From Thermomicrobiales bacterium (lineage in GTDB: Bacteria; Chloroflexota; Chloroflexia; Thermomicrobiales; UBA6265): DNA of 38,353 bases. The notes below the pieces were generated by a model, which worked only from the letters and a program-made list of their open reading frames with translations, had not been told where the DNA came from and searched no databases. Shown here piece by piece: positions 1 to 7,449 of the stretch (its first letter is position 1; each line of letters opens with the position of its first letter). The translations under genes and the position numbers were made by a program. The stretch is from positions 1 through 38,353 of the forward strand of contig JBGTNF010000297.1 of NCBI GenBank assembly GCA_041743205.1, written 5' to 3'.

Positions 1-227
1 GCTCGCCGGCGCCGGCGCCGGGGCGGGGTCGATGTCAGGGCCGTGCGCGCCTGGGCCACCCAGTCATCATCGAAGAGGAGCACGCCCGAATCGGTGGTTC
101 TCGTGGCAGGCGGCAACGTGCCATCGTCGATACGGGCTTTAATCAAATAGGAAGAGAGCCCAAATGAGGAGGCTACGCGAGAGGTCGTGAGGTAACCGTC
201 GAGATCGCTAAGTTTCGCTCTGGGCAC
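1..227 (-). CDS. partial small excisionase/MerR-like HTH DNA-binding protein (continues past the left window edge)
   Basis: Hand translation of the minus strand; it is absent from the ORF track because it has no stop inside the window. The frame is open from a stop at 389-387 down to base 1. An in-frame GTG at 227-225 has AAGGA 6 nt upstream. The product VPRAKLSDLDGYLTTSRVASSFGLSSYLIKARIDDGTLPPATRTTDSGVLLFDDDWVAQ... fits the LT-x3-A-x3-G-x-S ... G-x-LP ... F-x3-W pattern of HTH_17/excisionase proteins. Start and family are unverified. Confidence 0.35.
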   Translation of the reverse strand, partial: MPRAKLSDLDGYLTTSRVASSFGLSSYLIKARIDDGTLPPATRTTDSGVLLFDDDWVAQARTALTSTPPRRRRRR

Positions 228-438
228 CGGCCATCCTTCGTTGGTTTCCTGAAACTGACCCGCAACGCGGGTATCGCCGCCTGCTATCTTAGCATCGGTG
301 ACAGCGAAGCGGGTTCTGTTCAGGTCCTGGCGCAGGATATCTGCCACAACGGGGCGTAGCCAAGCGCCGCCGGCCGATTCCTGGCGTTACGTTCCGCGGC
401 CTGACCGGTCACGCATTGTTCGGGTCCGAACGTGCGGG

Positions 439-903
439 TCACTCCTCCAGGGCTTCGCTTCGCTGGGCCTGGTGGACGGTCTGATCGGCGCCGCGCCGCC
501 CGAGCAGGGCGTACATGCCGGTGTAGGTGTAGGACACGCCGTAGGTTTGCGATATCCAGTTCACCGCTTCGCTCACTGTGCGGAACTGACCATCACGCGA
601 CCGGCCAACGAGGTCGGCGATCTGCGTTTCGGAAAGCCGGGACGGGCGGCCCGGCGCGGCGTAACCCGGCGTGCGCATCAGGACCGCGCCGAGACCCCCC
701 TGGCGGTACCAGGAAACCCAGCGTTGCACAGTGCGGTAATCGACGCCAACGGCCCGCCCGGCTTCGCCGATCGAGGAGCCGCCGCGCAACAACCACAGCG
801 CCTGAAGGCGGGCGCGGCGGTGTCCATTCCGCTCGCGTTCGTACATCGATTGCAGCGTATCAGCCGTTTCGGTCCATTCGACAACCAGTGGACGACCTCG
901 CAT
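439..903 (-). CDS. IS630/Tc1-type transposase N-terminal DNA-binding fragment (no DDE domain; probably a remnant)
   Basis: 154-aa ORF with two consecutive HTH modules: ARLQALWLLRGGSSIGEAGRAVGVDYRTVQRWVSWYRQGG, then SETQIADLV...FRTVSEAVNWISQTYGVSYTYTGMYALLGR. These are typical of the N-terminus of IS630-family transposases. The ORF stops where the DDE catalytic domain would begin, and the downstream frame encodes something else. Confidence 0.65.
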   Translation of the reverse strand: MRGRPLVVEWTETADTLQSMYERERNGHRRARLQALWLLRGGSSIGEAGRAVGVDYRTVQRWVSWYRQGGLGAVLMRTPGYAAPGRPSRLSETQIADLVGRSRDGQFRTVSEAVNWISQTYGVSYTYTGMYALLGRRGADQTVHQAQRSEALEE

Positions 904-1082
904 GGCAGTCCCTCCCCGAGTTCGCCACAGGTTTCCCCGGTGGCTGTAAACGATCCGTCGACGAGGTTGTCGTCTGGGCTCGTCTTGCGGTCGATGTGAG
1001 GACCCTGAACGCGTGGCACGCGCCGGCGCATACCCGACTGATTTCCGAAAGTGCTGGTCAGTTTATCGCAACGAGACCAAAA

Positions 1083-1532
1083 TCACACCGCACGTTCGAG
1101 ATCGTGTGGTCCGAACGACCCCGGCAAGAGCTCTGAAAGCGGCATCGCGAGGATCGAGTCGTGGCGGTCGATGTACACCATCATATCTCCCCCGGCGGGT
1201 TTGAACTCGTTCATGACCTGGCGGCAGGCGCCGCACGGCGTGGTTCCCGCAGCCCGCGGCGCACTGACCGCCAGGGCGACGATCGACCGATGTCCCAAGG
1301 CAGCAGCAGTCTGGATGGCGACGCGTTCGCCGCAAACGGTGAGTCCGAAGCTGGCGTTCTCGATGTTGACGCCAACCACGATATCACCCGCTTCGGTAAG
1401 CGCCGCGGCGCCGACGGGAAAGTGAGAGTATGGAACATATGCATTTTGTGCCGCAACCCGAGCCGCCTCGACCAGCCGCTGCTGCGTCTCGGGCGCCATC
1501 ACGTCGTGCGGCCTGGTCACGATTTCACCCAT
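1083..1532 (-). CDS. cdd: cytidine deaminase
   Basis: 149 aa. Carries the zinc-ligand motifs HFPVGAA ... VCGERVAI ... TPCGACRQVM of small homotetrameric cytidine deaminases. Confidence 0.92.
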   Translation of the reverse strand: MGEIVTRPHDVMAPETQQRLVEAARVAAQNAYVPYSHFPVGAAALTEAGDIVVGVNIENASFGLTVCGERVAIQTAAALGHRSIVALAVSAPRAAGTTPCGACRQVMNEFKPAGGDMMVYIDRHDSILAMPLSELLPGSFGPHDLERAV

Positions 1533-1700
1533 GCGTGTGTTCTCCCGGAGGATACCGGCGCCAGTCGCGATGCTCCTTGCGTCACGTGGTCCGGCGTTAC
1601 TGCTATTCTGCCTACGGCACTATACGACGGCGTGGCCGAACCGGTGACGCCATCGGTTCGACTGGGCCTGGGACACATCGTCGTTGCTTGAGGGACGGAC

Positions 1701-2447
1701 ATGACCGAACCGATCGATTCCGCCGGGGCAACGCCGCCAGCTGGCGATCCCGTACTCCAGGGAGCCGCCATCTTCCTGGGCCAGGTGCTGGGCATTGCCG
1801 ATTCGCCAGATTACCTGGCGTCGGACCTCTCGCCAATCAAGCGCGACGCCAACGCCTCGATATTCACCATTCAACTCGATTCCTCGGTTGGCCCCGCCGC
1901 CTTCCTGGTCTACGCCTATGCGCTCCGCCAGCGCGGCGGTGACGGCAGGACCGGCAAGGACCTGTTCGACGCCGGGTTGGACACGCTCCAGCAGGCCGCC
2001 CAGAGGTCCACGCCAGGACCCCGGGCCGTGGCCCACACCGAGACGGACGACCTCGGCTTCATCCTCGCCACCACGCCCGGCACCTTTCGCGCCCTGGCTG
2101 GTGATCCCGAGATCGAGGACAGCTCGCCCGTTCGGATGCTTGATGACCGGGACCTCGCCGCGATCGAGGAGGTTGAGCGGATCCGCGGCGAAATCGCGCT
2201 GGACCTTCTCGACTCCCTTCGCGGAGCCAACCATCAGGCGACCGAATGGCTGGCGGCCATTGAGGCCTCGGGTCAATCCGGCGGCGATGATGGACTGCCC
2301 GACGATTCGCACGCGTTTACGGCCGAGGAAACCGAGCTGGCCCTTTACCTGCTGGATGACGATTCGATCGGGAACCTGCTGCGCGCGCTCAACCTGCTCG
2401 TGACATCGGCGCAGCAACAGGCCGCGAACGGGCTGGAACGAGACTAG
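1701..2447 (+). CDS. hypothetical acidic protein
   Basis: 248-aa ORF with ATG start and GAGGGA 5 nt upstream. Codons are G/C-ending throughout and the composition is protein-like, unlike the overlapping 483-aa antisense ORF. I recognise no family. Its TAG stop and the NDT-like gene's stop share the palindrome CTAG at 2444-2447. Confidence 0.65.
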   Translation: MTEPIDSAGATPPAGDPVLQGAAIFLGQVLGIADSPDYLASDLSPIKRDANASIFTIQLDSSVGPAAFLVYAYALRQRGGDGRTGKDLFDAGLDTLQQAAQRSTPGPRAVAHTETDDLGFILATTPGTFRALAGDPEIEDSSPVRMLDDRDLAAIEEVERIRGEIALDLLDSLRGANHQATEWLAAIEASGQSGGDDGLPDDSHAFTAEETELALYLLDDDSIGNLLRALNLLVTSAQQQAANGLERD

Positions 2448-2944
2448 GTGACGCCGGGCCGCACGTCGTGATCGCTGGCGATTTCCAGGAGCCGGCTGAC
2501 CAGGTCTGATTCCGTGTAGACCACCCCTAGTGAACCCTGCATGCCCCCGACAATGAACGGGTTGACGTAGAACGCCTGGTTCTCGATGCCGGGCCGGGCG
2601 GGATCCGGCGCCTGACCGAGCCGGATGTCGGTCGCCAGGCCAATGACGCCGTAATAGCGGGTCGCGTCCACGCGCTTGTGGAGGCAATCCATGAACCCGG
2701 CTTCCCAGTTGGTGCCCGAATCCTCGCTCACCTGGCAGACGTAGACATTCGCCCACTCCAGCGCTTCGAGATCGGCGGCGTAAATCCTGGCCGCCGTAAT
2801 GTCGTTCCGGGTCTTGTCGTTGATCGGTTCGCTTTCGTTCGGGCAGTACACGTCGAACCCGTGCTCGCGCAGCAGCCCTGCCAGCCAGAGGTTGTAGCGG
2901 ACCTCCGCGGCGGTAAACATCGGCCCACCCAGATACACCTTCAT
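2444..2944 (-). CDS. nucleoside 2-deoxyribosyltransferase-family protein
   Basis: 166 aa. Has the N-terminal KVYLGGPMF (the YLAGPxF-type motif) and SEDSGTNWEAGF, which contains the conserved catalytic-type Glu of the Nuc_deoxyrib_tr fold. Its ATG overlaps the upstream thioesterase stop (ATGA at 2941-2944). Confidence 0.75.
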   Translation of the reverse strand: MKVYLGGPMFTAAEVRYNLWLAGLLREHGFDVYCPNESEPINDKTRNDITAARIYAADLEALEWANVYVCQVSEDSGTNWEAGFMDCLHKRVDATRYYGVIGLATDIRLGQAPDPARPGIENQAFYVNPFIVGGMQGSLGVVYTESDLVSRLLEIASDHDVRPGVT

Positions 2945-3471
2945 CCAGCGGTCCCTTCAGGTTTCCGGGCTTCGCCAAAGTTCCCGTACCGGGACTGCCA
3001 TTCGGTGGCGCGGGCAGGCGGAACGCGAATGAACATTGCGGTGGCCTCCGCCAGGAGCGCTCCATCGGCATCGCGCCGGATTTCGCCCCGCATTTCGATG
3101 GCCCGCCCGCGGTCGCGCAACAGGTATCCGGTGGCGGTCGTGGGCTCCCCCAGCGCCACCGGTTGGCGGTAACGCGTGCTGAGGCTGCCTGTCACTGCCC
3201 AGATCCCGTGCCGGGCCAGCGACCAGGACATCACTTCATCCAGGACCGTGGTGATGATGCCGCCGTGAACCATCCCGGTGTACCCCTCGGTGCGGGGCGG
3301 CGGCGTGAACGACGTGTATACGCCGTAGCCATTGGGATCGGGAACGAGTTCCAGTCGCAGGCCATGCTCGTTGAGTTGGCCACACCCGAAGCAGGCGTGG
3401 TCAGTGGCGTCGTTGCGTGGCGCTAGCGTCGTTTCGCTGTCGGCATTCATGACGTTACCGGTCCTCCTCAC
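2941..3471 (-). CDS. PaaI-family hotdog-fold thioesterase
   Basis: 176 aa. Shows the pattern of PaaI/4HBT thioesterases: CFGCGQLNEHGLRL ... GYTGMVHGGIITTVLDEVM. GTG at 3471 overlaps the sirtuin 3' end by 17 nt. An alternative ATG at 3450 lies 4 nt after the sirtuin stop. Confidence 0.8.
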   Translation of the reverse strand: MRRTGNVMNADSETTLAPRNDATDHACFGCGQLNEHGLRLELVPDPNGYGVYTSFTPPPRTEGYTGMVHGGIITTVLDEVMSWSLARHGIWAVTGSLSTRYRQPVALGEPTTATGYLLRDRGRAIEMRGEIRRDADGALLAEATAMFIRVPPARATEWQSRYGNFGEARKPEGTAG

Positions 3472-4270
3472 GAACGCGGGCCGCTATTCCGGAAAGCGCC
3501 TCTCCGGCGCCGGACCAGATGCGCGCGTCGGCAAGGTCGTCGATCGGTGTCGACGATTGGTTGATGATGACCAGTTTCGCCCCGTTGTCCCGGGCGATGA
3601 CTGGCAACCTGGCGGCCGGGTTGACCACGAGGGAACTCCCGACCACGAGCATCAGGTCGGTAGCCTGGGCCACGGCGTGGGCGGTGCGCAAAGCGCGTTC
3701 CGGGAGGGATTCCCCGAACAGCACGGTTCCGGTCCGCAACACGCCGCCGCACACCGGGCATCGGGGATCGGTTTCGCCGGCATCGAGTCGCTGTTGCACC
3801 TCCACGCCGGTGTAGGTACGGCCGCACTGCGTGCAGCGGATGACGTGGGTCGAGCCGTGGAGTTCGATCACCCGATCGTCACTGTTGCCGGCCTTCTGGT
3901 GCAGGCCGTCGATGTTCTGGGTAATCACCGCCAGCAACCGCCCGGCGGCCTCGAATTCGGCGACCGCTTCGTGGCCGGCATTGGGCTGGCGGGCCAGCAT
4001 CTCGGGATACCGGAGCCGACGTTCCCACCAGTGTTCGGCGCGGGCTTCGTCATCGGTCCGGATGGTGTCGATGTGGGGAATCGCCTGCCGCGCCCACACG
4101 CCGTTGGGCCCGCGGTAATCGGGGATCCCGGATTCGGTGCTGATTCCGGCGCCCGAGAAGACGGACATGCGTTCGCTGGCGCGAATGAGATCGGCGACGC
4201 GATCGAGGTCCAGAGGCAAGGGCGCCGGGGCCGCCAGGGGCGTTGTGGACTGGGTGCGAGAATCAGACAA
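3455..4270 (-). CDS. cobB: NAD-dependent protein deacylase (Sir2 family)
   Basis: 271 aa. Motifs: GAGISTESGIPDYRGPNGVW, ITQNIDGLH, ELHG, the Zn ribbon CTQCG...CPVCGG, and VLFGE. TTG start at 4270 with GGAG upstream. Confidence 0.92.
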   Translation of the reverse strand: MSDSRTQSTTPLAAPAPLPLDLDRVADLIRASERMSVFSGAGISTESGIPDYRGPNGVWARQAIPHIDTIRTDDEARAEHWWERRLRYPEMLARQPNAGHEAVAEFEAAGRLLAVITQNIDGLHQKAGNSDDRVIELHGSTHVIRCTQCGRTYTGVEVQQRLDAGETDPRCPVCGGVLRTGTVLFGESLPERALRTAHAVAQATDLMLVVGSSLVVNPAARLPVIARDNGAKLVIINQSSTPIDDLADARIWSGAGEALSGIAARVREEDR

Positions 4271-4467
4271 GGCTGCTCGGCTCCGTATGCAAATCGATTC
4301 CGCCCGCCCATGTCGGGCGGCAATTCATCATTGTCGTCGTTGCAAGGTATATGGGCCCACCCGTCATCCCGGCAGTCGGGGTCGATAAGGGGCTACGTCG
4401 GCGTTGGGTGCGTTGACCGATGATGGGTGGCATGGCGTTGACGGCTGGATCGCCAACGCGATGTTCC

Positions 4468-4496
4468 TTGTGTACGTACACTGCGCATGGTAGCAT
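4468..4496 (+). promoter_or_regulatory. candidate sigma-70-type promoter (TTGTGT-17 nt-TAGCAT)
   Basis: -35-like TTGTGT at 4468-4473, a 17-nt spacer, and -10-like TAGCAT at 4491-4496. It faces the ORF at 4551/4614. Identified by eye only. Confidence 0.3.
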
Positions 4497-4504
4497 CCGG
4501 GCGA

Positions 4505-4520
4505 GTGAACGTACGTTCAC
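4505..4520. promoter_or_regulatory. candidate LexA (Cheo-type SOS) box
   Basis: Perfect 16-bp palindrome GTGAACGTACGTTCAC containing GAAC-N4-GTTC. It lies immediately downstream of the predicted -10. Confidence 0.4.
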
Positions 4521-4550
4521 GACTCCCTGGCCCCGCCAGATTGGCCGTCG

Positions 4551-5210
4551 GTGACAGTGGTCGTGGCGCAATTTCCTGTAATGATCGGTAAGACGGGTGG
4601 GAGTGAACGCACAATGGTGGGGACAGTACCCGGGCAACTCGACAAGGATTTTCGCAGGCGAGGCCTTGTTTACCGCCTGGCCACCTTGGTGCGTCGGGCA
4701 ACGGGTCGATCCCTGGATCATGAGCAGGTGAGGTCAGCAGCCATCTCGCCCGTCGTGAATCCGACGATGCCCGAGAATGCGCGTCTCCCGGATTTGCCAG
4801 GACCCAGGCGCCACCCAGGCTGCGTTCGTGACAGGCCGGTGGACTTCCGGTGGCGCCGTCACCCACAGTTGCGTCAACGCTTCGAAACAGGCCCCGCCGC
4901 CGATCCCCACGATGTTGAACGGGGGGCCCGATCGGCCGCCGTGCGTGGTCTCTTCCTGGCGCGCGGCGCGCGCTTCGACGACGCGCGCGCGTCGTTCGCC
5001 GCCGGCGCCGCCGAATCTTCGGTCGATCTCACGGCGATCCCCGGATTCTGGGACTTGCCACGGGCGGGAATGCTCGCGGCTGTTGACGCCTACGACGATG
5101 TGGGCCGGTTTCGTGACGCTGCGGCGCTGGGCGCCCGGATCAGGTTGACCTACCGGCCCCGATCGGTGTCCCATGTGGGTGGGACACCTCGTTCTCAGGA
5201 ATCCGGCTAA
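4551..5210 (+). CDS. hypothetical protein (start uncertain: GTG 4551 or ATG 4614)
   Basis: 219-aa ORF downstream of the boxed promoter and followed by a strong plus-strand terminator at 5333-5366. The C-terminal half (GLFLARGARFDDARASFAAGAAESSVDLTAIPGFWDLPRAGMLAAVDAYDDVGRF) looks protein-like. No family recognised. Confidence 0.45.
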   Translation: MTVVVAQFPVMIGKTGGSERTMVGTVPGQLDKDFRRRGLVYRLATLVRRATGRSLDHEQVRSAAISPVVNPTMPENARLPDLPGPRRHPGCVRDRPVDFRWRRHPQLRQRFETGPAADPHDVERGARSAAVRGLFLARGARFDDARASFAAGAAESSVDLTAIPGFWDLPRAGMLAAVDAYDDVGRFRDAAALGARIRLTYRPRSVSHVGGTPRSQESG

Positions 5211-5332
5211 TCGACCGTCATTCCCTTCCGGCCATGGCGGCAGATCCAGCGGCGCCCGGATCGCCTGTGTCTGCCGCAATGTCTCGGTCGGGCGCCGCTG
5301 GTACGACATCCAGGCATTACGCGCTTAAACAG

Positions 5333-5366
5333 CATCGCCCGGCGCCTAAGCGCCGGGCGATGTTTT
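5333..5366 (+). terminator. rho-independent terminator
   Basis: Perfect 13-bp stem CATCGCCCGGCGC / GCGCCGGGCGATG with loop CTAA, followed by TTTT. Confidence 0.65.
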
Positions 5367-5818
5367 GATTCTGTTCGATCGCAGCCGAGGATTACCAGCG
5401 TGATCGCGATCGACTGATCACGCCTTGGAGAGGAAGTTGTGAAGTGATGCTAACTGCCATCGTTTCCTTCAGGAGCCAGCACACTAATGTGGGGAAGAAG
5501 GGGGAGTGATAAGCCAGGCGACCGGCTAACGTCGCCCGAGGCGGCAAAGGAATCTTCGGCCCACGATGGTTTGGGAACGATGTCACCGGGATGTCATCGC
5601 GTGCCGGGCGGCCCTGCGTCGATGTTCACGTGTCGCGAGATCGGCGAGCCGGAAGGTTAAGTTGTCAACGTATCCTGGCGCTGTGAAAGCGCTCCAGCGT
5701 CTCTGTACCTGAGTCGTCTGCGACTATCGTAGCATCGCGATATGGTGTTGTCTAGACCCCCGGCAATATTTGTGACGAATTGCACGACCCAAAGGGTGGT
5801 CTGGCTTGTACGGACAGC

Positions 5819-7012
5819 CTAACGAACGCGGGCCCGCAATGTGTCGGCCAGCGCTTCGACCCGTGCCCGGTCGATCGCGTAGTACTTCATCCCGCGTCGC
5901 GGCTCGACCTGGATCAGGCCCGCTCGCTCCAGTTGCGAGAGGTGCCGGGAAACCGCCGACTGGGCGATTCCCAGCCGGCCGACGATTTCCTGGGCGTAGA
6001 GCTGACCGCTGCTCAACAGGTCGATGATGCGCAACCGGTTGGCGTCACCAAGGGCGCGCAACATTTCGAGCAGGTCGTCGCCGGCGAGGGCTTCGATCGT
6101 GACGCCGGTGTCCGGATCGGGCCGCATCGGTTCCAGCTCCATCACCGGGGCCACCAGGCCGGCTCCAGCGGCTACGACGTTCTGGGCGCTGAAGAAGACC
6201 ACGAGATCGGGCGGATAGCTGATGTAGCTGACGAAGGCGCCGATGTGGGCCGAGGGGCAGAAGGTGACGCTGGCTACCTGATTGAGACCCGCCGCCAAGG
6301 TCGACGGCAGGCGATTGCCGGTGAGCTCCGCGAACGCCATGCCGAATCCCCGACTGGCCTCGACCCGGGCGATGCGCTCCGCATCTTCCAGTTCTGCCCG
6401 CCGTTGCTCGTATTCGTCCCGGTAAACCGAATCCCAAATCCCGCGGATCAACCGCATCGTGCGCCATTTGAGTTGTTCCGGATCGCGGATCAACTGCACC
6501 ACGTCGGCGGCGTCGGCGGTCGTCAAACCGGGTTCGACGTACCGGTACCAGGCATTCTCTTCATCCAGGGAGGGCGCTGCCAGGCCGGTGCCGAGATCGA
6601 GATGAACCCGGTCGAGGGCCCCGATCGCCATTTCCCGGTAGTCGTCGGCCGGCAATTCGCCGAGGAACCAGAGGAGATCGTCGATCGTTGCCGGCAGCCG
6701 ATCTTCCCGCAACGGTTCGAACCGCATGATCGGTTCTTCCATGTAATAGAGCAGGCGGCCCGAGAATCCGTGAAGGACATCGAGATCTTCCTGGAGTTGT
6801 CGCGGCAGCGCGCGGCGGGCGGCGATCAGCCACCGGTCGAGTCCGCTGCCAGGCACGGCCCGGTACAGCAACGACATGACCGATACCATGTCGAGGGGAA
6901 CCGAAATGGCGGTTCGGACCTGGAGTGCGGGACGTCCGACGACGAGTTCGCCCATGAGGAGATCCGTTTCACGGCTGGCCGTTTCCCGTTCGCGCATGAA
7001 CCATTCCGACAT
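5819..7012 (-). CDS. ArsR-family transcriptional regulator with a large N-terminal domain of unknown function
   Basis: C-terminal winged HTH: LRALGDANRLRIIDLLSSGQLYAQEIVGRLGIAQSAVSRHLSQLERAGLIQVEPRRGMKYYAI. It is preceded by about 330 aa with no motif I recognise. The start is ambiguous: the ORF opens with TTG at 7132, and in-frame ATGs lie at 7012, 6997 and 6955. Confidence 0.8.
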   Translation of the reverse strand: MSEWFMRERETASRETDLLMGELVVGRPALQVRTAISVPLDMVSVMSLLYRAVPGSGLDRWLIAARRALPRQLQEDLDVLHGFSGRLLYYMEEPIMRFEPLREDRLPATIDDLLWFLGELPADDYREMAIGALDRVHLDLGTGLAAPSLDEENAWYRYVEPGLTTADAADVVQLIRDPEQLKWRTMRLIRGIWDSVYRDEYEQRRAELEDAERIARVEASRGFGMAFAELTGNRLPSTLAAGLNQVASVTFCPSAHIGAFVSYISYPPDLVVFFSAQNVVAAGAGLVAPVMELEPMRPDPDTGVTIEALAGDDLLEMLRALGDANRLRIIDLLSSGQLYAQEIVGRLGIAQSAVSRHLSQLERAGLIQVEPRRGMKYYAIDRARVEALADTLRARVR

Positions 7013-7370
7013 CGGAACACTGATTTCAGGCGGCAGAACGTTTCCACGGCATGGTGCATCGACGATCCGAGGCGATCTTGCAATGACGATATTAGCATAG
7101 CCCCCTGCAGGCGAGTCCGGTGCAAATCCCAAGAATCGTGTCAGTTTTCACAATGCAACAACCTGGTTGGATGCATCCTGCACAACGTTTCAGTCGATTC
7201 ACGGGGAGGGTGGGTCATCGGGTTTTGCTCGGATTCGTCAGATACTGTCATCTTCCAAATCTGGACGGTTGCGTCTCCAGCGGGGCCAGCTTGCTCCGCA
7301 ACCGTACACAATAGGATTTTGTCTGCGTGAATGCGAAATCGTGTGACATCCCCAGCAAGCACCGGGTGGG

Positions 7371-7400
7371 TTGACATTCCGCCGCCCGTCCCCGTAGTCT
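7371..7400 (+). promoter_or_regulatory. candidate promoter (TTGACA-18 nt-TAGTCT)
   Basis: Consensus -35 TTGACA at 7371-7376 and -10-like TAGTCT at 7395-7400. The site is about 50 nt upstream of the recombinase ATG, which has a GGAGAA RBS. Confidence 0.35.
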
Positions 7401-7449
7401 CGGACGATGCGCGGCGGCGGCGCCTGGCCGCACTCACCTGGAGAACGGC

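Noticed and set aside
1620-3071. 483-aa minus-strand ORF spanning the hypothetical, NDT-like and thioesterase genes
   Set aside because: Its Arg/Gly/Pro-rich composition is typical of out-of-frame or antisense reading in GC-rich DNA. It overlaps three ORFs with clear motifs or better coding character.
3455-4270. Sir2 protein as a Thoeris/DSR/SIR2-HerA-type defence effector
   Set aside because: Its length (271 aa), the intact GAGISTESGIPDYRG, QNIDGLH and Cys4 zinc-ribbon motifs, and the absence of fused or adjacent SLOG, TIR, HerA or pAgo partners all fit a housekeeping CobB-type deacylase.
4351-4385. GTCATCCCGGCAGTCGGGGTCGAT as a further family-1 repeat copy
   Set aside because: Only the first 9 nt match a family-1 terminus, and the would-be partner arm (CGGGGTCGAT versus CGGGATGAC) is too diverged to call.
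4734-5309. 191-aa minus-strand ORF opposite the 4551..5210 ORF
   Set aside because: Its composition is poor. The strong terminator at 5333-5366 has its U-tract on the plus strand, and the LexA-boxed promoter faces the plus-strand ORF. The choice between the two is not certain.
5390-5818. RNase P RNA, tmRNA or SRP RNA in the convergent spacer
   Set aside because: I could not find GAGGAAAGUCC or ACAGAAnnCGGCUUA together (RNase P), a tRNA-like 3' end with a tag ORF (tmRNA), or a convincing GGAA-tetraloop/AGCA domain IV (SRP). The minus strand has only a loose resemblance, CUCCUGAAGGAAACGAUGG. A covariance-model scan is needed.
5780-7330. 516-aa plus-strand ORF
   Set aside because: It is the antisense shadow of the ArsR-type gene, whose C-terminal winged helix is unambiguous. 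The plus-strand translation has no motifs and is Arg/Gly/His/Asp-rich.
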